From Actinomycetota bacterium (lineage in GTDB: Bacteria; Actinomycetota; AC-67), in contig JAIVGO010000105.1 in the NCBI GenBank assembly GCA_020201525.1, positions 57 through 64,056 on the forward strand: a stretch of DNA of 64,000 bases, read 5' to 3'. The translations under genes and the position numbers were made by a program. The first letter of the stretch is position 1. Each line of letters opens with the position of its first letter. The notes beneath the pieces were generated by a model, which was not told the origin of the DNA, searched no databases, and saw nothing but the letters and a program-made list of their open reading frames with translations. Below, piece after piece: positions 28,765-37,908 of the stretch.

Positions 28765-29895
28765 TCAGATTCCGATGCGGTCCGCGAGCAGCGAGCGATG
28801 ATATGTCGGGTCACCGAACAGCAGCTCCGACGACTTCGCCCGCTTGAAGTACAAGTGCGAGTCGTGCTCCCACGTAAAGCCGATTCCGCCGTGCACTTGA
28901 ATGTTTTCTGTTGCGGCGAAGAAGAATGCCTCCGCGCAATACGCCTTGGCGAGAGACGCGACTACGGGCAGCTCCTCATTGTCGTCGGCGGCGGCCCACA
29001 TGGCGTAATACGCAGCGGTTTTCGCCGACTCGACGCGCAGCAGGATGTCGGCGCACTTGTGCTTGATCGCTTGGAATGAGCCGATTGGCCGGCCGAACTG
29101 CACGCGCTCCTTGGCATATTCCACGGCCATGTCCAAACAGCGTGTAGCCCCTCCCGTCATTTCCGCCGACAAACACACAGCGATCTGATCGAGCGTCTTC
29201 GACAACGCCGGCCACGCAGCGCCGGGTTGCCCCAGCGGCGCCGCTCGCACTCCCGAGAATTCGAGGCGAGCCTGTTTCCGCGTCTTGTCGATCGTTTCGA
29301 GCAGCGTGCGGGTCAACCCGTCTGCATCTCCATCGACGACGAACAGCCCGACGCCGTTCGTCCCCGCGGTCCCTTCGAGTCGCGCAGCGACGACGATGAG
29401 ATCGGCGATGTGCCCGTCCAGCACGTACGACTTCGTGCCGTCGAGCGTCCACGCGTCGTCTGAACGTTGCGCGCGAAGAGTGATGGCATCCGCATCCCAC
29501 GCGCCGCCGGGCTCGCCGAGCGCGAGCGTGGCGATCTTCTCGCCGGAGGCAATGCCGGGCAGCAAATTCTCCTTGTCGCGCTCCGACCCGGCATTGAGAA
29601 TGGCATTCGCGCCCGCGCACACCGAGGAAAGAAACGGCGCGCACAACAACACGCGTCCCATTTCCTCCAGGACGATGCCGGTCTCGACGAACGAAAAACC
29701 CTGTCCGCCGTACTCTTCGGGAATCGCGAGCCCTTGCAGGCCGAGCTCCTGCGCCATTTGCTTCCATACCGCAGGCTCGTAGCCCTCGTCGGTTTCCATC
29801 AGCCGGCGCACCTCCGCCGACGGCGATTTGTCTTCGAGGAAACGACGGATTGTTCGGCGAAGCTCTTCCTGTTCGTCGCTGAAGGTGAAATTCAC
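28765..29895 (-). CDS. Acyl-CoA dehydrogenase
   Basis: ACAD pattern (...GSFQAIKH...IQVHGGIGFTWE). 376 aa. Confidence 0.9.
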   Translation of the reverse strand: MNFTFSDEQEELRRTIRRFLEDKSPSAEVRRLMETDEGYEPAVWKQMAQELGLQGLAIPEEYGGQGFSFVETGIVLEEMGRVLLCAPFLSSVCAGANAILNAGSERDKENLLPGIASGEKIATLALGEPGGAWDADAITLRAQRSDDAWTLDGTKSYVLDGHIADLIVVAARLEGTAGTNGVGLFVVDGDADGLTRTLLETIDKTRKQARLEFSGVRAAPLGQPGAAWPALSKTLDQIAVCLSAEMTGGATRCLDMAVEYAKERVQFGRPIGSFQAIKHKCADILLRVESAKTAAYYAMWAAADDNEELPVVASLAKAYCAEAFFFAATENIQVHGGIGFTWEHDSHLYFKRAKSSELLFGDPTYHRSLLADRIGI

Positions 29896-29904
29896 ACGAG
29901 CCTC

Positions 29905-31053
29905 CTACGGCTTCTCGCCCGAAACAACCCACATCGCGAAGAACTGCGATCCGCCGCCGTATGCGTGTCCCAGGCCGATCCGCGCCCCGTCTACTTGATG
30001 TTCGCCTGCTCGGCCACGCACTTGCAACGCCGCCTCGGCGAAACGCAGCATGCCGGAAGCACCGATCGGGTTCGAGGAAAGGACGCCGCCGGACATATTG
30101 ACTGGGAGATCCCCGTCGAGTGCGGTAACGCCGTCTTCGGTCAGCCTCCAGCCGGTGCCGATCTCGGTGAAGCCCAGGTTTTCGAGCCACATCGGCTCGT
30201 ACCAACTGAAGGGCACATACATCTCGACGCAATCGATGTCGTTCCGCGGATCCTTGATGCCGGCCTGTGCGTACACCGCCTCCGCGCAGTCGCGGCCGGC
30301 CCTCGGGTTGATCTCGTCTCGGCCGGCCATGCCGAGCGGTTCGCTGCGCACGGCGGTACCAAGCACCCACGCCGGCTCATTTCTGGTTGCGACATCTTCA
30401 GACGCAAGCACCATCGCACAGGCGCCGTCGGAGGACGGGCAGCATTCCAGAAATCGGATCGGATCCCAGAGCACGGGCGACGCGGCAACCTGCTCGAGCG
30501 TGATCCCTTCCATTCGCAGGTGCGCGAACGGATTCTTCAGCGCGTTGAGCCGGTCCTTCAGCGCGACCTTGATGCCGATATCGCTCGGCGCTCCGGATCG
30601 GCGAATGTATTCGCGGATGTGCGGCGCAAAGTAGCCTCCGGCGCCGGCGACGATCGGCTGCTGGAACGGGATCTTCGGCGCCAGCGCCCACATCGCGTTG
30701 GATTCGGACTGCTTTTCGTACGCGACGGTGAGGACGCGCTTGAAGCGGCCGCTCTGCACATGATGCGCTGCGACAACCGCGGTGGACCCGCCGACGCTGC
30801 CGGCCGTGTGGACGCGAAGGAGCGGCTTGCCCACGGCCCCGAGCGCATCGGCGAGATAGAGCTCGGGCATCATCATGCCTTCGAACATGTCCGGTGCCTT
30901 GCCGAGAACTACCGCTTCGATGTCGCTCCACGTCAGCCCCGCATCTTCCAAGGCACGCAGAGCAGCTTCTCGTACGAGACCGGCTATCGACACATCGGTC
31001 CGCGCCGTGTCGTGCTTCGTTTGTCCGATGCCGATGACGCCGCAGAGCTCCAT
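29905..31053 (-). CDS. SCP-x/Ltp3-Ltp4-type thiolase-fold lipid-transfer protein
   Basis: Thiolase-like sequence, non-FadA type. 382 aa. Adjacent to a second paralogue. Confidence 0.85.
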   Translation of the reverse strand: MELCGVIGIGQTKHDTARTDVSIAGLVREAALRALEDAGLTWSDIEAVVLGKAPDMFEGMMMPELYLADALGAVGKPLLRVHTAGSVGGSTAVVAAHHVQSGRFKRVLTVAYEKQSESNAMWALAPKIPFQQPIVAGAGGYFAPHIREYIRRSGAPSDIGIKVALKDRLNALKNPFAHLRMEGITLEQVAASPVLWDPIRFLECCPSSDGACAMVLASEDVATRNEPAWVLGTAVRSEPLGMAGRDEINPRAGRDCAEAVYAQAGIKDPRNDIDCVEMYVPFSWYEPMWLENLGFTEIGTGWRLTEDGVTALDGDLPVNMSGGVLSSNPIGASGMLRFAEAALQVRGRAGEHQVDGARIGLGHAYGGGSQFFAMWVVSGEKP

Positions 31054-32109
31054 CTACTCGCCCTCCAGCACGCACACGAGGTTTTGCTGCAAGCACGGAC
31101 CGGACGTGGCATGTGCGAGCGCGCGTGCGGCTGAGCCGTCCATGATGCGTTGGGCAGCTTCACCAATGCGTATGAGCCCGGCCGCCATCATCGGGTTAGC
31201 GCCGAGCGCGCCTCCGGATGGATTCACACGAGCGCCGTTCGAAAGCGATAGCGCGTCGAGGAGAATCAGCTCCTGGTGCGTGAACGGTGCGTGAAGCTCG
31301 ACCACATCAAATGCTCCGCCGCGACCTCCCGCCTGTTCCGCCGCGAGCGCCGTGGAGGACGATACAGTCAGGTCACGCGACCCCAACTGGTGCGCCTCAA
31401 CACGGTGATCAATCCCGCGGATCCACGCCGGCCGCTCACAGATCTCGCGCGCCTTGTCTCCGGCAACGAGAACGATTGCCGCCGCCCCGTCAGAGATCGG
31501 CGGGCAATCGTGCTTGCGCAACGGCGACACAAGGTACGGCTCCTTCAACAAAACGTCCACGTCGAAGTCGCCACTCAGATGCGCGTTCGGGTTCGATGCG
31601 GCGTCGCGCCGGCTTCGCGCCGCGACCGATGCCATTTCACGCTCGTCATGGCTTCCGAAATCGAGCATTGCTCGTGCCTGCAGCGCCGCCATGCTGATCG
31701 CATCCGGCCACAGCGGCGTGAGGTAATACGGATCGAGCTGCATTGACATCACTTCCGGCAGCTCGCCCATCGACGACTTTCCGAAGCAATAAATCAGCGC
31801 GGAATCGATGTCGCCTTCCTGCAACCGGATCCATGCTTCGTACAGAGCCCACGCGCCGTCCATCTCGACGTGCGACTCCTCGATCGGCGGCCAGGCACCA
31901 ATTGCATCTAGCCCCATGACGAACGCAAACGGTTGTCCGGCGAGATAGTCGCAGCTTCCCGAGACGGTAAAGCCGATGTCTCGAAGCGGGATGCCCGATT
32001 GCTCTAGTGCCGCGGACACCACCGGCATGAGGATCTCGACCTCGTTTCGCGCCGGATCCCGCCGGACCGACGGCGCCTGCACGAAGGAAACCACGGCGAC
32101 GTCACGCAT
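31054..32109 (-). CDS. SCP-x/Ltp-type thiolase-fold protein (paired with the previous gene); start re-set to MRDVAVVSFVQAP
   Basis: Thiolase-like sequence. The tool's 28-aa extension is junk. 8-bp overlap with the upstream DUF35 gene. Confidence 0.8.
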   Translation of the reverse strand: MRDVAVVSFVQAPSVRRDPARNEVEILMPVVSAALEQSGIPLRDIGFTVSGSCDYLAGQPFAFVMGLDAIGAWPPIEESHVEMDGAWALYEAWIRLQEGDIDSALIYCFGKSSMGELPEVMSMQLDPYYLTPLWPDAISMAALQARAMLDFGSHDEREMASVAARSRRDAASNPNAHLSGDFDVDVLLKEPYLVSPLRKHDCPPISDGAAAIVLVAGDKAREICERPAWIRGIDHRVEAHQLGSRDLTVSSSTALAAEQAGGRGGAFDVVELHAPFTHQELILLDALSLSNGARVNPSGGALGANPMMAAGLIRIGEAAQRIMDGSAARALAHATSGPCLQQNLVCVLEGE

Positions 32110-32593
32110 CGCGGTACTCCATGATCTTTTCAATTGGGACGTCGGGCTCGCCGGTGGGCGTGAAGTACTTAATGCTGAGCAACGTCGGCGCAAGCTCTTC
32201 GTCCGGCACCCACACGGCCTTCACCCGCATACCCATCCTCACGTCTTCAGCCGCGACTTCCTGTAGGAGGCCCACCAAAGGAATATCGGAACCGTCCAGG
32301 AGAATGTGCGCGGAGACATACGGCACAGGCACGGATCCGGCGAACGGAATGTTCACGATGCAGAATGTCGTCACCGTCCCGCTGTCTGCCACGGTAACTT
32401 CCTCTTCCGTCGGCACGCCGCACTTCGGACAGGAACCACGCGGGGGAACGTACACCTTGGCGCATCGCGGGCATTTTTGGCCGACGATCTCCTTCGAAGC
32501 GATCCGCTTCAAGAAGCGCGAGGCCGCGACACCCGGCGTATAGGTGTACTCCAGGCGGACCGGCGTGATGATTCCGGTGACCGGGTCGCTCAT
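32102..32593 (-). CDS. DUF35-family Zn-ribbon/OB-fold protein; start re-set to MSDPVTGIITP
   Basis: CPRCAKVYVPPRGSCPKC zinc ribbon plus OB fold. ATGA overlap with the upstream gene. The tool's 71-aa extension is Arg-rich junk. Confidence 0.8.
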   Translation of the reverse strand: MSDPVTGIITPVRLEYTYTPGVAASRFLKRIASKEIVGQKCPRCAKVYVPPRGSCPKCGVPTEEEVTVADSGTVTTFCIVNIPFAGSVPVPYVSAHILLDGSDIPLVGLLQEVAAEDVRMGMRVKAVWVPDEELAPTLLSIKYFTPTGEPDVPIEKIMEYRDA

Positions 32594-33045
32594 GGTTCCG
32601 GCTCGAAGCATTCGATGTCGGTGATGAAGCCGACGCGCTCCTTGCGCCAGCGCGGGCGCACGCGCATGCCGGTCTTCATTGCTTCTTCGGACCCGGCGTC
32701 GACGGCGTGCAGGATCGCGGTGTCGGCGCCGTCGGGCTTGATGAGGGCGAACGCAAAGGGCTTCTGCAAAGGATGCTTCGCACGCGGTTGCGACACCCAC
32801 GCCCACGTCGTCACGACGCCGGCGGGACCGACCGGAGCGAATTCGATCAGCGTCTCCGCCGTCTCCGGGTCGTACTCGACCGGGGGGAATATCACTTTGC
32901 CGGATGAAGATTTGATGCCGAGCAGCTCGCCGTCGCGGAGTCCTGTCAGAAAGCGTCCGATAACAGGACCGACGCTGCGCGTGTAGTTGTATTCAAGGAC
33001 ATGCAGCGCCGACAGCGCCTCAGTCTCTTCTGCCATAGGACCCAA
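32590..33045 (-). CDS. DUF35-related OB-fold protein (no Zn ribbon); first gene behind a KstR-type operator
   Basis: OB-fold-like DUF35 pattern. TTG start at 33045 or ATG at 33036. TAGAACACGTTCCT sits immediately upstream. Confidence 0.7.
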   Translation of the reverse strand: MGPMAEETEALSALHVLEYNYTRSVGPVIGRFLTGLRDGELLGIKSSSGKVIFPPVEYDPETAETLIEFAPVGPAGVVTTWAWVSQPRAKHPLQKPFAFALIKPDGADTAILHAVDAGSEEAMKTGMRVRPRWRKERVGFITDIECFEPEP

Positions 33046-33047
33046 AG

Positions 33048-33061
33048 TAGAACACGTTCCT
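33048..33061. promoter_or_regulatory. KstR-type operator (TAGAACACGTTCCT) between fadD stop and the DUF35/thiolase operon
   Basis: Match to the KstR consensus TnnAACnnGTTnnA (13/14). Confidence 0.7.
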
Positions 33062-33081
33062 ATTTTTTGTGCAAGGCGGCT

Positions 33082-34626
33082 TTAGATGGCGCGTTCGCGG
33101 CCTTGCCAGTAGGGATCGCGTAGCGCTCGCTTGTAGAGCTTGCCGTTCGGATCACGCGGCAGCACATCGACGAAATCGTACGTACGCGGGCACTTGTACT
33201 TCGCAAGGCGCTCGCGACAGAATGCATCGAGATCCCCCGTCAATGCGTCACCGGGCGCAACGCCGGCGGCAGGCTCGATCACCGCTTTCACTTCCTCGCC
33301 CCAATCGTCGTGTGGAATGCCAAAGACCGCTGCGTCGCCGACTTTGGGATGCGACAGAAGCACGCCTTCGATTTCGGCGGGGTAGATGTTCACGCCGCCG
33401 GAGATGATCATATCGATCTTGCGATCGCACAAGAAGAGATAGCCGTCTTCATCGAGATAGCCGATATCACCGACCGTGAAGAAGCCTTCTTTCCACGACT
33501 TGTCGGTCTTCTCTTTGTCCTTGTGGTACTCGAAGCCGTAGTCGCCCATCTTGATGTACACCGTTCCCGGCTGGCCGGCGGGTGCCGGTTGTTCTGCATC
33601 GTCGAGAATGCTGATTTCGGAGATCGGCCACGGCTTGCCGACCGTTCCCGGTTTCTTCATCCACTCCTCCGGCGTTACGAGTGTTCCGCCGCCTTCCGTC
33701 GCCGCGTAGTACTCGTAAATGACGTTGCCCCACCACTCGATCATCCGTCGCTTCACGTCCGGCGGACACGGTGCCGCGCTGTGCACCATGACCCGCAGAG
33801 ACGACACATCGGCCTTCTTCTTCACGTCGTCGGGGAGTTGCAGAAGCCGGTGGAACTGCGTCGGCACCATGTGCGACGTGGTCACGCGATAACGCTCGAT
33901 GAGCCGCAGGGTTTCCTCCGGCGTCCACTTGTCCATCAATACGACACTGTGCCCGAGGTGCAATGAATCGAGCGTGAAGTTGACGACGGCGGTGTGGTAC
34001 AGCGGCGACACTGTCAGGTGCACGTTGTCATCGAGCGGCTGAATGCCGAACAGCGTCAGGAAGAGCCCGTTCAGCATGCCGTTTGTGTCGGGGTCGACCG
34101 ACGGTGTCGGCCGGCGCACGCCTTTCGGCTTGCCGGTCGTACCTGCCGTGTAGGTCATGACGGCCCCCGTCGAGCGATCTTCGGGAAGATCGGTCGGCTG
34201 TCCCTCCTTGAGTTCCGCGTACGGACGGAAACCCGGCAACGTTCCGACGGAGAACCGCGCCTTCTCGTGGAACTTCGTCTCGCCGACGGCACCGAGACAC
34301 GCGTCGGCAAGCGCCTCATGACCCACGAATGCCTTCGCGTCGGAGTCCGCCAGAATGTACGCAACCTCCGGCGCCGTCAGGTGATAGTTGATCGGAACGA
34401 TGTACCAGCCCGCCTGTAATGCTGCGAGGTACAGCTCGATGATCGCAGCGCCGTTCGGCAACATCGCCGCCACCGTGTCGCCGGGATCGAAACCAAGCGC
34501 ACGCAACCCGTGCACAACTTGGTTACAGCTCGCGAGCAAACGAGCGGCGGAGTGCTCGGTCCCGTCCGGCTCGACGAGCGCGAGGTGCTCCGGATCGGTC
34601 TGCGCCGCGACCCAAAATCCCGACAT
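33082..34626 (-). CDS. AMP-dependent acyl-CoA synthetase; start re-set to MSGFWVAAQTDP
   Basis: YTAGTTGKPKG motif. The tool's 164-aa N-terminal extension is junk. A KstR-type operator lies about 10 bp upstream of the ATG at 34626. Confidence 0.85.
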   Translation of the reverse strand: MSGFWVAAQTDPEHLALVEPDGTEHSAARLLASCNQVVHGLRALGFDPGDTVAAMLPNGAAIIELYLAALQAGWYIVPINYHLTAPEVAYILADSDAKAFVGHEALADACLGAVGETKFHEKARFSVGTLPGFRPYAELKEGQPTDLPEDRSTGAVMTYTAGTTGKPKGVRRPTPSVDPDTNGMLNGLFLTLFGIQPLDDNVHLTVSPLYHTAVVNFTLDSLHLGHSVVLMDKWTPEETLRLIERYRVTTSHMVPTQFHRLLQLPDDVKKKADVSSLRVMVHSAAPCPPDVKRRMIEWWGNVIYEYYAATEGGGTLVTPEEWMKKPGTVGKPWPISEISILDDAEQPAPAGQPGTVYIKMGDYGFEYHKDKEKTDKSWKEGFFTVGDIGYLDEDGYLFLCDRKIDMIISGGVNIYPAEIEGVLLSHPKVGDAAVFGIPHDDWGEEVKAVIEPAAGVAPGDALTGDLDAFCRERLAKYKCPRTYDFVDVLPRDPNGKLYKRALRDPYWQGRERAI

Positions 34627-34635
34627 GGGCGAAAT

Positions 34636-34649
34636 TAGAACACGTTCTC
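34636..34649. promoter_or_regulatory. KstR-type operator (TAGAACACGTTCTC), 10 bp upstream of the fadD ATG at 34626
   Basis: Consensus match (13/14), positioned over the promoter/RBS. Confidence 0.7.
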
Positions 34650-34791
34650 GTTGGACATCGCAACCGCGTGTGTGAGCAATCCCACAGCTCGGCCGAAAGA
34701 ACCGACACAGGTGAAACACCACCCGGCGGCGAATATGGGATGACGCGGCCGGGACGGCCGAGGTCACGTCCATTGCCCGGGAGGTGGCGCC

Positions 34792-35268
34792 ATGCGCCGG
34801 AGAACGAAACTGCTGCTCGCGTCGAGCGTGCTCGGCCTGCTCATCCCCATCCGAGCGAACGCCATAGTTATCGTCGGCGGCTTCGAAGGAGCCGGCGTTC
34901 AAGGAACGCACGGGATCATCGTCAACTGGCACTCCAGCCGTGCGGGGACGGCGGGGATCATCATCGTTGGGGGGACGCCCCTTGCGGCGCCGGTAGAGGC
35001 AAGCCTTTCCTGTGCCTATTTCGCCCCCGCGCCGAGCACCTCTGCCACACCCGTGAAGGTGGGCGGCACGTTCTATGGCTTCGGCATGGGCAGCGATGGG
35101 CACTACTATGCAGTGCAAGCGTTCGACGGTGGTCCCGGCGGCGCCGACACGGTCGGTATCATCATTGTCGGCGGCCAGCCAAGCCCAACGGATCCGTACT
35201 GCGGCGCATCCGCCGTCCCGATGTCACCGTTTAATGGCGACGTCAACGGCTTCATCATCTACGACTGA
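34792..35268 (+). CDS. Secreted glycine-rich repeat protein of unknown function (signal peptide; repeated GIIIVGG/AIVIVGG motifs)
   Basis: GGAGGTG RBS, an N-terminal Sec signal (MRRRTKLLLASSVLGLLIPIRANA), and four copies of an (A/G)I(V/I)IVGG-like motif. Confidence 0.65.
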   Translation: MRRRTKLLLASSVLGLLIPIRANAIVIVGGFEGAGVQGTHGIIVNWHSSRAGTAGIIIVGGTPLAAPVEASLSCAYFAPAPSTSATPVKVGGTFYGFGMGSDGHYYAVQAFDGGPGGADTVGIIIVGGQPSPTDPYCGASAVPMSPFNGDVNGFIIYD

Positions 35269-35368
35269 TATTACGCACCGGCGACCTCGATGGGCAGCCT
35301 CTGACAGGCGACGCGCACGGATTGAAATTCGCTTTCGACAGGCGAGGCATCCGCTTGAAGTCCTGAAT

Positions 35369-35382
35369 CAGAACGTGTTCTA
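35369..35382. promoter_or_regulatory. KstR-type operator (CAGAACGTGTTCTA) upstream of adh
   Basis: Palindromic core AGAACGTGTTCT. Confidence 0.7.
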
Positions 35383-35414
35383 ATGCCTCTCCAGACTGAA
35401 CACGGGAGGTTCCG

Positions 35415-36494
35415 ATGCGGGCCGCAGTGTTGCCGGGTCTCAATGAAACGCTTCAAATCCGCGACGACGTCGAGGTGAACGGGCCCGGTCCCGGTGAGGT
35501 TCGCGTGCGCATCGCAGCAAGCGGCGTGTGCCATTCGGACCTGTCGCTGCAGAATGGAACGCTCCCGCATCCGTTCCCCGTCATACCCGGACACGAGGGA
35601 GCCGGCGAAGTCCTCTCCGTCGGCGACGGCGTCACATCGGTCAAAGAAGGCGACCACGTCATCATGGCTTTTTGTGCGCCGTGCGGCGACTGCCCATCGT
35701 GCCTTCGCGGTCAGCCGAACCTCTGCAACGTGATCATGACCGACTCGCTCACGAATCCGCGTTTCGTCGTCGACGGTATGCCGCACTGGGGTTACGCCGG
35801 CAACGGGTCTTTTTCCGAGGAAATCGTCGTTCGCGCCGAGGCGGCCATCCCGATTCCCGAGGACGTGCCTCTCGATGTCGCGTCGCTCATCGGCTGCGGC
35901 GTCATGACCGGCGTCGGCGCGTCACTCAACACCGCGAAAGTGACCCCGGGATCATCGGTGGCGGTGTTCGGATGCGGGGGCGTCGGCCTCAGCGTCATTC
36001 AAGGCGCGCGCATTTGCGGCGCTGCAGAGATCATCGCCGTGGACCTGCTCGAATCGAAGCGCGAGAACGCCAAGAAATTCGGCGCGACGTATGCGGTTTC
36101 TCCGAACGATCTTGCCGGTCTCAGCATGCAGCTGACCGGGGGCGAAGGGTTCGACTACGCATTCGAAGTGGTCGGATTATCGAGCACGATTCGTGCGGCG
36201 TGGGATGCAACGCGCCGGGGCGGCACGACATGCATCGTCGGCGCCGGAAAGATCGACGACATGGTGATGTTCTCCGCGTTCGAGATCTTTTACATGGAGC
36301 GCAATTTGATCGGCTCCTGGTACGGATCCGCAGACGTGCGCCGCGACTTTCCTCGCTTGCTGCGCCTCTGGCGCGAAGGCCGGCTCGATCTCGAGGGCTT
36401 GATCTCGCAGCGCATCGACCTCTCGGAGATCAATGAAGCTTTCGAAGCCCTGAAGAACGGCGAAGTGATCCGCTCCGTAGTTCAATTCAAATAA
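35415..36494 (+). CDS. Zn-dependent alcohol dehydrogenase (MDR family)
   Basis: GHEGAGEV Zn-binding motif, CxxCxxC structural-zinc motif, and GCGGVGLS NAD-binding motif. KstR-type operator 30 bp upstream. Confidence 0.9.
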   Translation: MRAAVLPGLNETLQIRDDVEVNGPGPGEVRVRIAASGVCHSDLSLQNGTLPHPFPVIPGHEGAGEVLSVGDGVTSVKEGDHVIMAFCAPCGDCPSCLRGQPNLCNVIMTDSLTNPRFVVDGMPHWGYAGNGSFSEEIVVRAEAAIPIPEDVPLDVASLIGCGVMTGVGASLNTAKVTPGSSVAVFGCGGVGLSVIQGARICGAAEIIAVDLLESKRENAKKFGATYAVSPNDLAGLSMQLTGGEGFDYAFEVVGLSSTIRAAWDATRRGGTTCIVGAGKIDDMVMFSAFEIFYMERNLIGSWYGSADVRRDFPRLLRLWREGRLDLEGLISQRIDLSEINEAFEALKNGEVIRSVVQFK

Positions 36495-36552
36495 TCAACT
36501 CGGCATCGTGGTATGCATCTACTATCGCGGGTGATTGCCGGTGCATGCCACG

Positions 36553-36565
36553 ACGGACCGTCCGT
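36553..36565. repeat. Perfect 13-nt palindrome ACGGACCGTCCGT between convergent adh and P450 genes
   Basis: Self-complementary sequence in an 87-bp convergent intergenic region. Could be a protein-binding site or part of a bidirectional terminator. Confidence 0.3.
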
Positions 36566-36581
36566 TTCCGCGGCCGGATAA

Positions 36582-37793
36582 CTACCTCTCGGGTGTGAAC
36601 TTCACCGGCATGTGCTTGATGCCGTTGATGAAGTTCGACCGCATATGGGACACCGGACCCGCAAGCTCCATGTCGGGAAGTCTCGTCAGAAGCTCCTCGA
36701 ACATACATTTGATCTCGAGCTGCGCAAGGCTGAAGCCGAGACAAAAATGCGGACCGCCGCCGCCGAACGCCAAGTGTTCGTTCGGGGTGCGGTCGACCTT
36801 GAACGAATGGGGCTCCGGAAACTTCGCTTCATCGCGGTTGGCGGAGATGTACCACAAAAGAACCTTGTCGCCTGCGGCGATCTTCTGTTCACCGATCTCG
36901 GTGTCGCACGTCGCCGTTCGCCGAAAGTGCATGACCGGCGTGACGTACCGCAGCATCTCTTCGACTGCCGGCGCGAACAGCGAGGGATCGTCGCGGAGCT
37001 TCTCGCGCTCCTCGGGATGCTCGAAAAGCGCGAGCATGCCGCCCGAGATGAGATTGCGCGTCGTCTCGTTTCCGGCGACGGCGAGGAGGAGGAAAAAGAC
37101 CGCGAGCTCCATCTCGCTCATCGTCTCGCCGTCGACTTCGGCGTGCGCAAGGATGGAAACAAGATCGTCCCGCTTTTCGGCCTTGCGTTCCGCTGCCAAC
37201 TCTCCTGCGTACGCGAACATCTCGAGAGCCGCCGTGCGGGCGCCTTCCATGCTGGTTCCATACTCGGGATCTTCCAGGCCTATCATCGTGTTGCTCCAGG
37301 TGAAGACCTTGTGCCGTTCTTCGTGCGGGACACCGAGGAGCTCGGCAATGACTTGCAGCGGCAACTCCGCCGAAACCTCGGTCACGAAGTCGCATTCGCC
37401 TTTCGTCGCAACGGCGTCGACGATCTTGCGCGTGATATCGCGCACGTGCGGCTCGATGCGCGTGATCATCTTCGGGAGAAAGCCCTTATTGACGAGCGTG
37501 CGGAGGCGCGTATGCGCCGGAGGATCCTGGTTTACCATCGCAAGCTCGTATCCGCCTTCGGGATCGATGATGTTCGTGCCCTTAGCCGACGTGAACGACA
37601 TCCAATCCTTCGATGCGTGGGCCACGTCCTCATAGCGAGTGAGATTCCAAAAACCTGGGCCGTCGGGCTCAGGATTGAAGTAGACCGGCTCATTCACGCG
37701 CAGCCAATCGAAGACGTCGTGGGGCACGCCCGTGACGAACTGATCCATGTCGTAGAGATCAACTTTCACGTCGTGAACCCCCTCCCGGATCAT
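36582..37793 (-). CDS. Cytochrome P450 (steroid-hydroxylase-like, CYP125/CYP142-type context); start re-set to MIREGVHDV
   Basis: FGGGPHFCLG heme-binding loop and EEMLRY (ExxR). A KstR-type operator lies 12 bp upstream of the ATG at 37793. The tool's start at 37835 would place the operator inside the CDS. Confidence 0.85.
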   Translation of the reverse strand: MIREGVHDVKVDLYDMDQFVTGVPHDVFDWLRVNEPVYFNPEPDGPGFWNLTRYEDVAHASKDWMSFTSAKGTNIIDPEGGYELAMVNQDPPAHTRLRTLVNKGFLPKMITRIEPHVRDITRKIVDAVATKGECDFVTEVSAELPLQVIAELLGVPHEERHKVFTWSNTMIGLEDPEYGTSMEGARTAALEMFAYAGELAAERKAEKRDDLVSILAHAEVDGETMSEMELAVFFLLLAVAGNETTRNLISGGMLALFEHPEEREKLRDDPSLFAPAVEEMLRYVTPVMHFRRTATCDTEIGEQKIAAGDKVLLWYISANRDEAKFPEPHSFKVDRTPNEHLAFGGGGPHFCLGFSLAQLEIKCMFEELLTRLPDMELAGPVSHMRSNFINGIKHMPVKFTPER

Positions 37794-37805
37794 CCGGCAA
37801 GCCAG

Positions 37806-37819
37806 TAGAACACGTTCTT
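37806..37819. promoter_or_regulatory. KstR-type operator (TAGAACACGTTCTT) upstream of the P450 gene
   Basis: Consensus match (13/14). Confidence 0.7.
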
Positions 37820-37886
37820 TTTTCGAGTGCAACACCCGGCAAAATCAACGTTCCATAGAGCGAACAGTTCCGGTTGCCCGAAGAAC

Positions 37887-37900
37887 TAGAATGTGTTCTA
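37887..37900. promoter_or_regulatory. KstR-type operator variant (TAGAATGTGTTCTA) upstream of echA
   Basis: One half-site is AAT instead of AAC. It overlaps the tool-predicted ATG of ech. Confidence 0.6.
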
Positions 37901-37908
37901 CTTTTGCC

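Noticed and set aside
37863-37871. GAACAGTTC 9-bp palindrome upstream of echA
   Set aside because: Half-site spacing (1 nt) does not fit the KstR TnnAACnnGTTnnA geometry, and there is a proper operator 20 bp downstream. Likely coincidental.
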